Positions 11,581 to 24,150 of a stretch of DNA of 64,000 bases are shown here, one piece after another. The notes under the pieces were generated by a model. That model was not told the origin of the DNA, ran no database searches, and saw only the letters and a list, made by a program, of their open reading frames with translations. Within the stretch, counting starts at the first letter, position 1, and each line of letters opens with the position of its first letter. This DNA comes from Cycas panzhihuaensis (lineage: Eukaryota; Plantae; Cycadophyta). The stretch lies in contig CM041465.1 of the NCBI GenBank assembly GCA_023213395.1, positions 125,309,741 to 125,373,740 on the forward strand. Reading direction: 5' to 3'. Both the position numbers and the translations under genes were made by a program.

Positions 11581-13699
11581 TGCAACTTGAAGCATGCTTG
11601 AATCATCCAAAAAGAAACAATCGATGGGGAGATGTTTAGTACGCTTGGAATTCAACCATTGGAAATCAAAGTGCCCAACAACCAGGGCCCTTGAACAATG
11701 TCCTTTTGTGTGCAAGGACTGTGGTCCTAAAGATCATACAAAAAACTACAAAGAAAAAGCGAAGGTTATTAATTTGATGACCATAGTCCCTGAGTCCAAC
11801 AAAAACGTAAAGTTACAAACAAGAAGCAAGCAAAAAGGGAAGGAAAAGATGACAGAAGATTACCCCAACCTAAAGGTGGAAATTGATTAAATGGAATTGA
11901 CCAAGAGAACTTTGGAAGAAGCTACTAGGAAGGAGGAAGAAAATTCATTACTCTGGGCAAACCCAAAACCAAATATATCTATGTGAAAAAGAACAAACCT
12001 AAGGAAAAGGGACCCATTATTTAAGAAACCCAATCATAGCCTCAATTGGTATAAGGTGGAAGAATTATTCAAAGGTTTATCGGTAGAGGATATACCCCAA
12101 ATACTACGTTTGATGGAAGATTTGGTGAAAGAGCCACAATTAACCATTCCACTACAACAAGTGATCGAATAGATTAAAACAGGGGTATTGCAACAAAAAG
12201 AAGTTGTTAGGAGTTCAAAGAAAATTATAACTTCCTTCGATCTCAATCCAACAGTATCAATCACGGTTTTGGGCAAGAAATTCGACAAGGTGATTGTTGA
12301 TGGTGGTGTAGCAATAAATGTGTTGCCTACCACCACCTAAAAAAAACTAGGAAGCCCTAAACTAGAAGCAACAATATATTCCTTGAAGTTGGCTAATAAA
12401 TTATAGGTTAAAATAGTTGGCAAATTATTGAATGTCAAAGTAGATGTGGTCGATATTGCAATAAGGATTGATTTTACTATCGTGGAAACAATAAAAGGGA
12501 TGATACCCTACCTAACATTGCTTGGATGCCCATGGTTATATAAAATAGAATGTCTCAAGGGTTGGAAGGATGTTACCTTCACATTGACGGATGGGGGAAA
12601 TGAAGTTGTCCTCCCCATGCATGGAAAATATTCCATTGAAATTATGCTTGATGACATGTCAAGTACAACAATTGCAAGTGATGACACTTCGTCGACTTTT
12701 GAAGAAACTAACTTATATCATACAGCAAAAGATTCAACTAAATTGATTAACTCCCAGGAGTATGAGCCCAATTATTTTAGGGAATTGTATAGTTCCTTAG
12801 ATGAAGAGGGAATCAAAAAATCCGTGGACTACTGGTTGCAAGATTCGTTCAAGGTCAACCCTTCATCTTTCTGATGCAACCTACTTTCTATATGCACTGT
12901 TGACGAGATAAATAAAAAATCTAATTCTTTAAAATATTTTGGTGATCATTGTAGTAATAGGATAGTAGATAGATTAGGAAATGAATGTATGAATGATGAA
13001 TTTGTCGTTAATATAAAAATGGTTCACATAAAACCCTTAGCCCTAGACCATAACCCTTGCCTTAACCCTAACCCTAACCCCCATCCAAATGTGAATTCCT
13101 TACCCGATCCCAATCCTAACCTTCCCTCTACCTCAAGTGTGAGTTCTAAGGTAGATAACCCTCCTCTATCCCCAACCCATCCTGAGGAAGGAATCAACAA
13201 CCCTTCCTCATCCTCTCTTCAGGTATAGCAACCCAGTAATAAATCCTCTTCCTTGGGAAATGATACACTCATGGGTAGCAAGTCATTAACAGAGGAGGAG
13301 AGATCTGCGAAAAGTGCCTCTCAAGACTCTAGTCTAGGAGATCGAGAAATTACGTAAGTCCATTTTTTAGGGAGCAACTATATGGCACTATTCACTTAAC
13401 CCAATATATGGAATATTGAATTGAGAAAAGAGTAGTAAACAAATCACAATGGGATCTAGATTTTGTATCAACTTTGAGAGCGCCTACATGGTACTGGTCT
13501 CTAGCCCATCAAACTTCCTTTCGAAAATGGGCAAATCTTCAAATGGCCTTTTGACTACAATTTGACCCCCTCAAGAAATTAATTATCCCATCATTTCTAG
13601 TGGGAGACTACCCTAAGAAATATGTGCAAAGATGTGAAAACTATTGGATATCATAATGTTTTCCTAAAACTAATTCGAGTCACTCATTTTTCCATATTT

Positions 13700-15595
13700 T
13701 AAGAAAATAGGGAAAAATGGATGCTAGGAAAAGGATTTTGGTAATGGCATGTCAAGATGATTTGTACAGTAATGCAAAGGGCTAAGAGGAAAGCATACAG
13801 GGTAGCAAGAAAGCTCATGATAGCTAGAGTGAGGATGCAAAGTGGGGACAAACAATTCTTTGCAGAGGGGGTGTATAATGATAGCATTGAGGGTTGAAAC
13901 TCGTTGAGAGGAGGTTAGAAGACAAGGAGCATGGGGGTGGTGATAAAGACACTTCCTAGGAAATGGGAAATGAAGGTGTATCTCAAGTGGCATAGGAATT
14001 TCACCTATCAGGAGTAGGGAATCTAGGGCTTTAGGGTTTAATTCGTTTATAGGATTTTATGGTAGAAGGGAGAAGGGGATTTTCAAGCCTATTGAACTTG
14101 AGAAATCAAGATGAACAAGGAAACTTCCAAAAGAGATAGGTAAATGCAAGATATGATTAGAATTTAAATCAAGTACCTTTTTAAAGTCATCCTGCCTCTC
14201 AGATTCTTCCTCAAGTTGCTTACCTGGTTCGAGTCTAGGCTACTCACTGGCGATGGTTTCCTCCCTTACCTTGTGTGTGTCATTTATCGATTCATCGTAT
14301 TGGGTATTTGTATGCTCCTTGCTAGATTGTTCTACCCACATCTCCTCAAGAGCATCAAGTTTGGCTAAGAGTCTCTACATTCTTTCTTGATAACGCCTTC
14401 CATTATCCTCCATTCCACATTTATCTCTAAAGCTTGCAAAATATTTATCCATGTAGTTTCTCTATCATTCATCGAACCACCTTGCAATTCTTTCATCAAA
14501 TGTCATAAAAAACACTTGCGAAAAAAATTCCCAATAAGGGCAATAATTTGAAAGCCTTTTAATGGCCCACTCCTAAGCTTGTGCCCCTATAAATTCCTAA
14601 ATAGGAGGAAAATAGCCCTTTCCATGTGGGGTTGAATATTAAAGCCATTTTCTACCTTCTCCAACCACTCTATAGGGGCATACTCCTCCATCTTAAGTAA
14701 AAATAAGAATATCTAGATCCATCTTCAAATATTAGTTTCAAATAATAATTACCATATTAAATCAACACCAACATACATCAATTAATATCTCAAAATGACG
14801 GTCTTTGAATCAAAATTCCAACACTTCAAACGAAATCAAATTCTAATACCTATAACAAAAGTTACGGCCCTTTTAAGATGGGTAGTGAGTAGGGTTTTCG
14901 GTGACCATAACAGTATCTCTTACTAAAATGCAATTAACTTTTTACTCTGATGTCCAATTCATCTGAAACCACTTACAACGAAAAATAGACATCAAGATGC
15001 ACAGATTTAAAAAACAAAAATTGAGGTCAATCAAATACTTGTAACTAAAGTCATAGGTGTTTAAAGTTGCAATAGCACATTTTAGGCCCTAAAGACAATA
15101 AGAGATAGTAGGCCAAAACTAAATCACTTGTAATTTTTACAATTTCGTTCTAAACCCTAGCTCAATTTTGTGGTTAATTTTCAAAAATTCCTCCATTCAT
15201 GCTTTTGAAAATGTAGATCCTTGATAGGCCAAAAACGAAGCTCCCTTACCACTTGAAGTGATCCTAAATCGGATCCTCTTCCTTAAAACACCAAAGAAGG
15301 TTCAAATGAATGTCGAATAGGCAAAATTGCCCCAAGCACCAAGTGCCAAATAAAATCTAGATTAATCCAAAAATAAAACTTATGTAATGAATTGTAGTTT
15401 TCTCTTATTTATAGGTGTCAATATGACTCCCTACTAAAAAACCAACTTCAATAATAATATTAATAATAAAATACCAACTTCGTAATATAAAACCCAACTT
15501 CATATTAACTTGAAAATACCAACTCCCTAATAGTAATAAAAAAATTGACTTCTAATAAAATACCAACTTCTCCTTAATAGATTAGGATCACTATA
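13700..15595 (-). mobile_element. Truncated pol-less LTR element related to 53073-57136
   Basis: LTR-like start TATAGTGATCC at 15595 with GAAGTTGGT sub-repeats and TATAAATA. Leader 14800-15110 is homologous to 53815-54090. Gag-NTD-like remnant PIEWLEKVENGF.../AQA*EWA...YWEFFSQVFFMTF (14490-14690), then a P/H/L-rich tail. Confidence 0.65.
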
Positions 15596-16189
15596 GTATG
15601 TCAGCTAAGTTCATCCTTAACACATTATACTTACACAAATCACTTAATCATCAACACCCAACCAAGCATGGTCACAAGCACAATATCATTTCAATACCAA
15701 TCCTCCTTTATTTATTGTTAGTACATTGCCTTCTAGTGCAACTACTCTCACCAGTCACATTGCCAATAGTCAATGCTTACAAAAGAAGGTCTGCAAGACC
15801 ATGGGGAGCATTGCCTATTACTAGTTCTTTAATATAATCTCTCTATTCTCTTTTACATCAATTCTCTAATGCTATATGTATTCTTGTTAAGGACCTAACC
15901 CTTATCATTCTTCTTCTCAAGTCTTATATTACTCTTCTTGTAATTATCCAACATTCATAAGTCCAAGAGATCGACGGCCTTAATAGCCCTATATATATGT
16001 ATGTAATGTATGAGTGGAATCATCATTTTTGGAGTGTTGTGATCTTATGTATTGGACGTTGCCCTGTCAAAGAGGCCCATCAATACATGTGATTATTGAT
16101 GCTATTATGTATAATTTTGGCTCTCGTGTTGTCATATGCATTTTAGATTGCTCTCTTTAATTCAGATTCATTACAATTGGTATCAGAGC
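15596..16189 (+). mobile_element. LTR (left end unresolved) plus tRNA-iMet PBS
   Basis: TATA run at ~15990, ends ATTACA at 16175, TGGTATCAGAGC at 16178-16189. Confidence 0.75.
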
Positions 16190-16799
16190 AACGATATAGG
16201 GCGTGCCATCTAGGTATTCATAATTCCATTTCAATAGTTTTGTCATTTCCTCTTTGGTAATTTGTAATAGTTTACTTTTTCTTCATAATCTGTTTAGTTG
16301 GTCTAGGCTAAAGACCCTATGCCAGGAGTCTATAAATATCACGAGAAACTATCATTTGGAGCTAAGTGCATTGTGACTTTTCTGCCCCATGTGTGAAGGA
16401 TAAGAGATCACACTCTTGAACCAAGCCTTAGACAAAACTCAGCTACGAAATTGTGCCTCCACATACCTGCGGGAATATAGGAGGACCCCTAAGTAGACAT
16501 TTCTAATATAGGTAACCATAAGAAACCTATTGGCCGTATGTAATTTGTAGTGCACTGGTAAGCGGTTAGCCCCAGGAAGTTACTCTCCACGTACCCTAGA
16601 GATGGGATAGTACGGTTGTTGAGTACCCTTGAGAGTTTTATCAATGGAGTGATCCCCATCCAAAAGAATCTCTGACACAACAATGTGTTGCATCCAACCA
16701 TGGTGGCAAAAACAATGGCATGTTGAGCTAATATCAATTTTCCACTAATTAAACCCTTGACTCTGTCTTGCATTGTGTTAGCATTCATGTAGTGGTTTA

Positions 16800-17345
16800 T
16801 CTACATGTCTTCTACTTGACTCTTCTTCATTCTCACTCAATTTTTAATATTGCAAGCATATTTCTCCAACCTACTTTTAGCGAGAATTATCTTCATAGCC
16901 TCTTCGTCCTTGCTTTGAATACCATTTTCCAACATTCCATCTACCTCCTCTTTGCTAAATCCAAGCAGTTTTTTCCTAGTTACCATCTGATTTTAAATTC
17001 TTGATGTTTCATACTCAACGGAAAGCTTTAGAATTCCATCTGCACCCACCTCAAAGCACAATGTAAATAGCAAGACTCCGGGTGAGGCCATTGGAATTCC
17101 ACACAAACTAAATTCTCCCATAAATTTATTGTGTGCAGTCAAAGGACTCTCACCTTGGTAGATTGAGAAAAGAGTTGTGGTTTGGTTGTCATGTGATGCA
17201 ATACGGAGCATCTCCTTTCAAGCAGGTATTTGGGTATTTTTAGGAATTATCACCTCCATGAGGCACCCTCTCCATCTTGTTGAAATTTGAAGACTCAAAG
17301 CTACAACATCCATCGGTACAACGTTGATGCTTTCACCATTCAACA
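16800..17345 (-). pseudogene. HSP70: Hsp70 C-terminal (substrate-binding domain and lid start) fragment
   Basis: One frame with stops: DVVALSLQIST...MEVIIPKNTQIPA*KEMLRIASHDNQTTTLFSIYQGESPLTAHNKFMGEFSLCGIPMASPGV...CFEVGADGILKLSVE...FSKEEVDGMLE...AKSRLEKYACNIKN. Matches the Hsp70 pattern DVTPLSLG...IPRNTTIP...DNQ...VYEGER...LGKFELSGIPPAPRGVPQI.V.FDIDANGIL.VSA...LSKEEIE.M...LENYAYN. Confidence 0.9.
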
Positions 17346-17779
17346 CTATAAACAAATAATATCTTCTGAATGAATGAATGAATAATAGATCCATTCTTAG
17401 CAATAATCGACACTTCCTCAAATGGCCCAGTCATGGGCACACAACAAGACACAAGAGTGGCATATAGAAGCCAATCCTCGCAACCCCATGTTCAAAGAGT
17501 TTAATCCCCTAATGTAAATAAACAAAGCGCTAATGAAGAAAAGAGATAAGAACCCCACAAAGGTACTGGCAAACTCAAACCAAAAAATAATCCGTAGAAG
17601 TTTCAGTTCTCCACCACAAATTCACCAAAGCCATTCTATTCACAGAGCCACCACTTCCAATGGCCACCGTTAATAAAAAACGAACAAGCCCCATTGTCAT
17701 TTCTAAGATTGAAGTTGCAAGCTTCTCTTCTAGAGATGTCACAATAAAGCGTTCGATAAACATAATTAGCAATGATATC

Positions 17780-18263
17780 TAAAAAAAGAGTAAGTACCTA
17801 AAGAAGCCCAAGAGTAAAGGCAATAAGCCCTTTGAGAAGGGCATCACCTTATCCAACGCTTCTTCGCATCATCCTTATCCCTAGGAATTGCCATGGGAGC
17901 CCTCAAATTTGTAGGTCAACCATATGAACAAAGAATATAATCAAAAGGACAAACCAAAAGTAAATGAAAGAGAAATAAAAGGGAATGTGCAGGTGGGAGT
18001 CTCTCACTTAATCCAAATCCAAGAAGTGCCACTAGCAAGGCAGCAGCTTCTTAGTCTAGCTATGATACCATGTAGGAAAAATGAATGTACACACGCAACA
18101 AAGAATTTGAGAAAAAACTCAACTATCTAACTCGTTTATCGAATTGTCAAATGTGTACATATATAACTCATGGTTCATGGTTGTTAATGGTTGTTATACA
18201 ACCACCTAACCATCTAACTACCTACTAATTACATGTTAATTAAAGTTCATAATGACTCTTACA
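17780..18263 (-). mobile_element. Short copia-like LTR (18071-18263) with PBS and gag scrap
   Basis: TGTAAG...CCTACA on minus, adjacent TGGTATCATAGC (18059-18070). Downstream KRWIR*DALLKGLIAFTL resembles copia gag. Confidence 0.65.
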
Positions 18264-20560
18264 TCAAATTAATCATCATCTTCTTGCTATATAGACATGC
18301 TTGGTTTCAGGTTTACACATTGGTACGATTTTTGCAGTGGCTTCTCTAGCAGCATCTTCTAATGCCTTCTTTGTTGTGCAAATCTATCGATTTCTATCTT
18401 CGGAATAGGGTATTCACCCTCCACAATTTTGCTTTCCCTTTATTTCCACTTCTAGTTTGTAAATTTGTGCTCTTTAGCGAACTGGGGATAATAGCCATTA
18501 AGTTTATTGCTTTGCCTTTGCCTTTACAATCCTTTGTAGGGTGGATATTAGGCCCACAATTCTTACATATAGATGGGCATCTTGCATGAGCTTTTGCTAC
18601 TATACAATCTGATTTCCAATGTCCAAACTCCTCCAAACACACCAAACAATGTCCCATTGGCAGCTTCTTACTAAAGCTCTCTGGTATTGTCCTAGTAGTG
18701 TAGATCATTCTAGTTGAATTGCCTCCTCTTCCTCGACCTCTACCCTATTGGTTCTTTCCATGAAAGTTAAGGTAACACTTCTTTATTGTGTGGGTGTTTA
18801 TAACACAAATATGGCAACATTTATCTTGTTTCCTTACTCATGACTTTTAGGGTTCATGTTGCATTCCATTGTGGAATACAAATCTTTGACACAAATGTGA
18901 CACCACTTCTCCACTTGAGGTTCATTACTCCTATATTTCTTATTCCTTTCTTCCTCAGTATTTTGAGGTTTCTACCCTTGCAAGTTTAGCCTTGCAACCT
19001 CTTTTATAAGAGCTTCCACTTCTAAGGTCTCTTCTATGTTCATTGCTCAGTAATAAGGTTTATTATGTTTTAGCTTTTTAATTCTTGGATTTCCTCTTGT
19101 ACTCCTAATAAGAAGGGGTCATGCCTTGCCTTTTGGATGTCCATTTCCTTTTCAAAGTCTAATGCTAACTTTTGCGCATGTTACAAGGATTTTAGGGGAT
19201 GGATTGCCATTGCGGCCCTTAGTTTTGAATTCAGTCCATTAATGAAATAACTCCTCATATCATAATTTGTAATCGTTTCTCTATTTCTCATATTTGCAGC
19301 TATGATATTCATTCAAGTTATACATGTCAACGATGATTCTTCCAATCTCTGTCTAATTTCCTTGAGGGATAATTCTATTGCTTCATTACTTCTAAACTTT
19401 TGAAATCTCTCCTCCAGTTTTCATGCCTTGGATGGATCCAATTGCCTATAATATGCTAAGGGTACACCCTATAATAAGTAGGCAAATCTAGAGATTTGAT
19501 CTCCTTTTCATCTATTATCTTTTTCATGTTCATCAAATTCTGAAATAAGTAGACATGTTCACTTGCATTTGATGTATCATTGAAGGATGAGTCTCCCAAA
19601 CTCCCTTGAACATGCCATCTTTAAACCACTTGGCAGTATACATTTCCCTTGAGAAAATGTTAGCGAGATAACTTGCCCTTTGGTGGTGCAACTTCTTCTA
19701 TTGATGCATTATGTTTAGGTACCCCTAATGGGCTTTTTTCTCTACTACTTTCTCTTTCAAACAATGGATTTTGGAAGGGTGACTTAGTTTACTTGGCTCT
19801 TAACACCATGGTAATTGTATGGCCAATGGTGTTGTAATTACAAATGATTGTCCCGATTGCTTCTCTCATGTGCCTCCAAACAATTTCCTTGTGAAATGAT
19901 TCTCCCAATATGCCAAGGGACCTTCCTCTACCTTTATTTTGTTATCACTCGTGATCTTCGAACTATATTCACCACTTGACTCTTTTGTTTCACCTAGGAA
20001 TTCTTCTTTTGTTTTCAAAGATTTGTCTTCCAATATCATTGCTTCTAATTCTGATTCTTCTTTTAAGATTTCTTCTTCATCTAATGTTTTATCTTTTCTA
20101 GAAGTCCCCACTTGTTCTTCCAAATTTTCTTCTTTCTTTTTTGCACCTTCTTTTTCTTCTTCCAATAATGTAAGCGCTATAAATGCAATTACAAGGCTAA
20201 TTAAATCAAATTTTATTGAGGCAAGGCTTAATACCATTGATCCCCTCCCATCCTCATTTTGTTCAATGGGAGTCTATGTTCCACTTGCCTTAGACTCCTC
20301 AATAGACCTCCCCCTCACTCTCTTCTCTATATCTTTCGCTCATTTTCCCATTTTATTTCCCTTTGTCTACTTAACTCTAGTATTCCCTTGGGTGAAAGAT
20401 TCTTAGATGGCTCGATAACCTTCCAAGGTTGTTTTGGTGGCATTGGAAGGTCCCTTAGCTATTGAAGGCTTAATTACAACCTACCATCACACTAACAGCC
20501 AAGGTGCCTTGGCCTTTAGGCATTAATTGATAAATGTTGGATATTTTATCCCCACTAGTG
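18264..20560 (-). mobile_element. Non-chromovirus gypsy family, copy 2, gag region
   Basis: MPPKQPW start colinear with 4160, EEGPLAYWENHFTRKLF, knuckles CLVCLEEFGHWKSDC and CKNCGPNIHPTKDC. Confidence 0.85.
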
Positions 20561-20859
20561 GGCTTTAGGCAACGGAACAAATGTTGACCTACTTCTTAGC
20601 CCCCTTGGTAATCATACTTGGCAAAGAATCACTTCCAGTAGTCTATCTAGGGCTGTGTTAACATACGAGTCTCCTAAAACATACACCACGTAAGTCCATA
20701 ATATATCACAATAACAATATTACAACATTCTCATAATATTCATTATAGAATTATACATCAATTAGAATCAACACATAATACATAGTTTCCACGTAACTCT
20801 AATTCTATTCAGCAATATCACTTTGTACAATGTCTTTCACATCACTAGAAAATGACCAT

Positions 20860-21061
20860 GTTGGTCTATGACGTTAGATCAAATAAGTCGACACTTACAC
20901 TTGAAACCATGACATAGTACTCACTAATTCGACTCCCACCCTTGACAATATGACATAAGATCAAGTAACTTGGCTCTCACACTTAAGAACATGCCATAGA
21001 ACTCATGAACTTGCCGCTCACACTTGAGAACATGCCATAGAACTCATTAACTCAACTCTCA
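20860..21061. repeat. 41-bp tandem repeat, about 5 degenerate units
   Basis: Units start at 20894, 20935, 20976 and 21017, e.g. CTCACACTTGAGAACATGCCATAGAACTCATTAACTCAACT. Confidence 0.85.
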
Positions 21062-21840
21062 TGCCAAAATGGTGGAGAAATGAGCAATAAATACCCAAAT
21101 ACATGCCTTATGTGGAATGGTTGTAACTTATGGTCACAACCATTCCATTACATAACAAAGTGTCTTTTACATTAATTACATGATTTGGATACCCTTTGGA
21201 ATTAGTGAGTGACCGAGGATCACACCTTTTGAATGAAGTGATGGAAGAATTGACGTTAACATTCATGATTAGCCATAGGAAACCGACAACATATTACCCT
21301 AGGGCCAATAGACAAGCCAAAAGCTCTAATAAGATCATCAAAATTTGTTTTAAGGAAAATATGTGACATGGGAGGTTATGGACCTTTCGCACAACCTGCA
21401 AAAGAATGACAAGGCAAACACCATTCAAACTAGTTTATGGAGCAAAACCCATTCTTTCAGTTGAGTTCAAAATTACAAGCTTGCATGTAACCTTGGCCGA
21501 TCAATTCAATGATCAAGATTCCTTCAAAGAATGATTGTGCTAGCTATTGGAATTAGAAGAAACCTGTCACAAAGTCGAGTGGTCACAAAATATTAAGAAA
21601 ATGAGACAAAAAGCATGGCACAAGTTCCACTTGCGGACATCCCAATTTTTCATAGGTGATCAAGTCTTACTATACAACAAGTTTTGAATACACCACGATA
21701 AATTAAAAATGAGATGGCCAGGGCCATATACAATGGAAACTATATTTGATAATGGTTCAATCCAATTAAGAGACATTAACGGACTACAATTGCCAACACT
21801 AGTGAATAGCAATAATTTGAAGCCCTATCACCATTAAATA
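21062..21840 (+). pseudogene. Gypsy integrase remnant (non-chromovirus family)
   Basis: FGYPLELVSDRGSHLLNEVMEELT...TTYYPRANRQAKSSNK...KLKMRWPGPY. Homologous to 26326-26943 and 39770-40650. Confidence 0.85.
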
Positions 21841-22559
21841 GGGCCATTCTAGCATGGATTGACTGTATGTATGCTATGTGTTGCTTGCATTGCGGATAAT
21901 CGTGATTGTCTTGGCATCAACCTTACAATCCCACCAATGTGTAAAAACAAGAAAATACAAAAAAAGAAAAAAGAAAAATCAAGAAACACAAAAATAACCA
22001 TAATTTGTATTGATTCCTAAGCAAAAGCACAAGTGAAAAATGGAAAACGCCACAAGAATATTAAGAAGCATCATAGGTGAATTGATAGAAAAAACATTGA
22101 CATTGGTAAAGAAGGCAAAACTGTGACAAATTGATAAAAAATAAGCATATGTTCCTCCAAAATATGCTACCCATTCCAAAAAGTAGTGCTAATAGGAATA
22201 CACGACCCAACTTTTATAAAAGGAGCCTTTTATGAGGTGTGTTCTGCTACGTGTTCCTTTTGGGAATGCAATCAAGAAGGCACACAGATAAAAGCTCATC
22301 TGAAGCTTGTTTTTTTCTCATTTCAAGCAAAAAGATTTCCAAAACCATAGGCAACAAACCAAGATGAGACCCAAGCATTCCAACATCTATAAAGCCCAAA
22401 TTCACAATTGTTCCAGTAAACGTTCCATCCAGGAATGTATCAGCACTCATAGCAGGGTAACACTTAAAAACTTAAATTTTTCTTGCATTTTTCTCTATTT
22501 GATTTAAACGTGATTAGCATTGTTTCCACTCAGTCCACGTAGCAGGAAAAAAGAAGACA

Positions 22560-24150
22560 ATAGAGTGCCAAGAAATCTATTTGTTGAAGTTGACAAAAGA
22601 ACTTGAAAGATTTCCTAATTCCTTCAAAAATTGGTTGAAGCAAGTTGGATGGGGGAATATATCCACACGACACCCTTATATCAGGATCCTAAGTTGATCA
22701 AAGAAATCTTGGTGGCAATAAAACAAAACATGGGCCAAGTGCAATTAACTGCCAAGGTGATATAGACATTAGCATGGTTATCAATTGAGGGAGAACTCCC
22801 AACTTCTACCAAACATTCCGAAGTGGAGAGGGAAACACAAGCCAAAGAGTTGTGTGTGTAGAACACACAAATATTTTTAGGTGGCAATCGTATGCCAAAT
22901 TCAAGGATGATTGATTACAATGGGTGGCAAAAGTTATTGTCACCAAACTTCTATGGAAAAAGAAACATACATACATTCCAAGTTGGACGATGCCAATGTT
23001 ACCATAAATCTAAGATGGAGAAAGACTAAATTGGTGTGAGTTCTTGGCGACCAACATGTAGTAGCAGTTTAAAGACATACAAACTCACCCCTTTGAACAA
23101 TCATCCCTTCTATTAGTAATATTATTGCATCAATGTCTAGAAGCAAAGCCACCCCAAGTGGCCATATGGCAAGGGGAGCCATTGGTCAAATAATGGGTGA
23201 AAGCATTTCCAACCAACACCCAAAACATGGAGACTAGAAGATTGGTAAAGAGGGAAATGTTTAGGATCATCACCTAGCTACAACAAACACCAGGTAGCCC
23301 AATCCATCTTAAAATCCAAACAAGTCATCGAGAAGAGAGTAAAACAACTACAAGATCGAATCGAAAGGGATGAAGTGAATCCCGAACCCTCACTAGAGGA
23401 ATAGGAACTAACAGAGGAAGAATTTCCCCCCACCAAGGAACCAAGTCAAGCATCTTCCCATCAACAAGCTCTAGTCGAAAAGAAAGGGAAACAAATCATT
23501 CAATTAGTGGAGGAATTCGAATAAGGATACAAACCAGAAATCGTTACTTTGCACAAGAAGTTGAGAGAAAAAAATGCCATCAGTGCCACCCTAACACAAA
23601 TAAACAAAGATTTACTCAAAGCCAATGAAACTAGTGGAGGATAGGATCCAGGACTATAAGGCCAACCCTAATAACAAAGCAAGAGAGGAGAAATACAAAA
23701 TTTTGAGGATGAGATAGCATCAAAATTTAGAATTTCTTCAAGCAAGGATGCCCGACCACTTTTTGTTGACCTGAAATAGATGTCAAGGTCAAATCATGAC
23801 TAGTCACACTTACAACAATGGAAAACATGCTAATTAGTGTTTAACAGGTTGAGATTCATGTAAAACAGGACCCAACATCTACCCAGTACAATCAAAGGTG
23901 TGAAAAAATCCTGAAAAAGGTTAGTGATATGCTCTTGGGGAATGCACAATAGTATGTGTTCCAGATGGAAATGGGAACAGGAACAAGACTGCATACAGGA
24001 ATGTATCTAGGAATGCAAAATTGTATGAGCCCAAATTCAAGAATTACATCCCAGACTAGAAGACATCAACCTTCTTAATGTTTCAATACGCTCATACAGC
24101 TGTTGTGATTACAATTGATTAATGATTTAAGTATAATCATAATGAAAAGG
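22560..24150 (+). pseudogene. Decayed extra ORF 3' of integrase (Athila-ORF2/plant-mobile-domain-like by resemblance)
   Basis: Mosaic translation FKNWLKQVGW...DPKLIKEILVAI...VQLTAKVI*TLAWLSIEG...QWVAKVIVTKLLWK...LNWCEFLATNM, then an E/Q/K-rich coiled-coil-like tail. Identity not verified. Confidence 0.45.

Larger units (their letters stand above)
4060..13700 (+). mobile_element. Non-chromovirus Ty3/gypsy element (Athila/Phygy-like), copy 1, gag-protease region, split by the 5812-11580 insertion and truncated
   Basis: Gag REFGKLIF...RFACTLRG, zinc knuckles WCHICEEDSHSTKEC and WCHICDVDNHNTKDY. After the insertion come CLVRLEFNHWKSKC and protease VIVDGGVAINV (~12290). Colinear with copies at 18264-20560 and 26210-32455. 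Many stops and frameshifts. Confidence 0.85.

Noticed and set aside
13060-13082. Telomere-like (TAACCC)n
   Set aside because: Only about three units, and they encode a Pro-Asn linker within the retroelement.
16460-16620. Group I (CTGCGGGAA) or group II domain V (GCCGTATG...TACGGTT) intron remnants
   Set aside because: Isolated short matches with the wrong spacing, and no other core elements seen.
19939-20406. Ser/Phe-rich antisense ORF and many similar short ORFs in the track
   Set aside because: Shadow frames of purine-rich gag/pol strands or of LTRs, with no independent coding evidence.
20860-21061. CRISPR-like array
   Set aside because: Contiguous degenerate tandem units with no unique spacers, no cas genes and a plant TE context.
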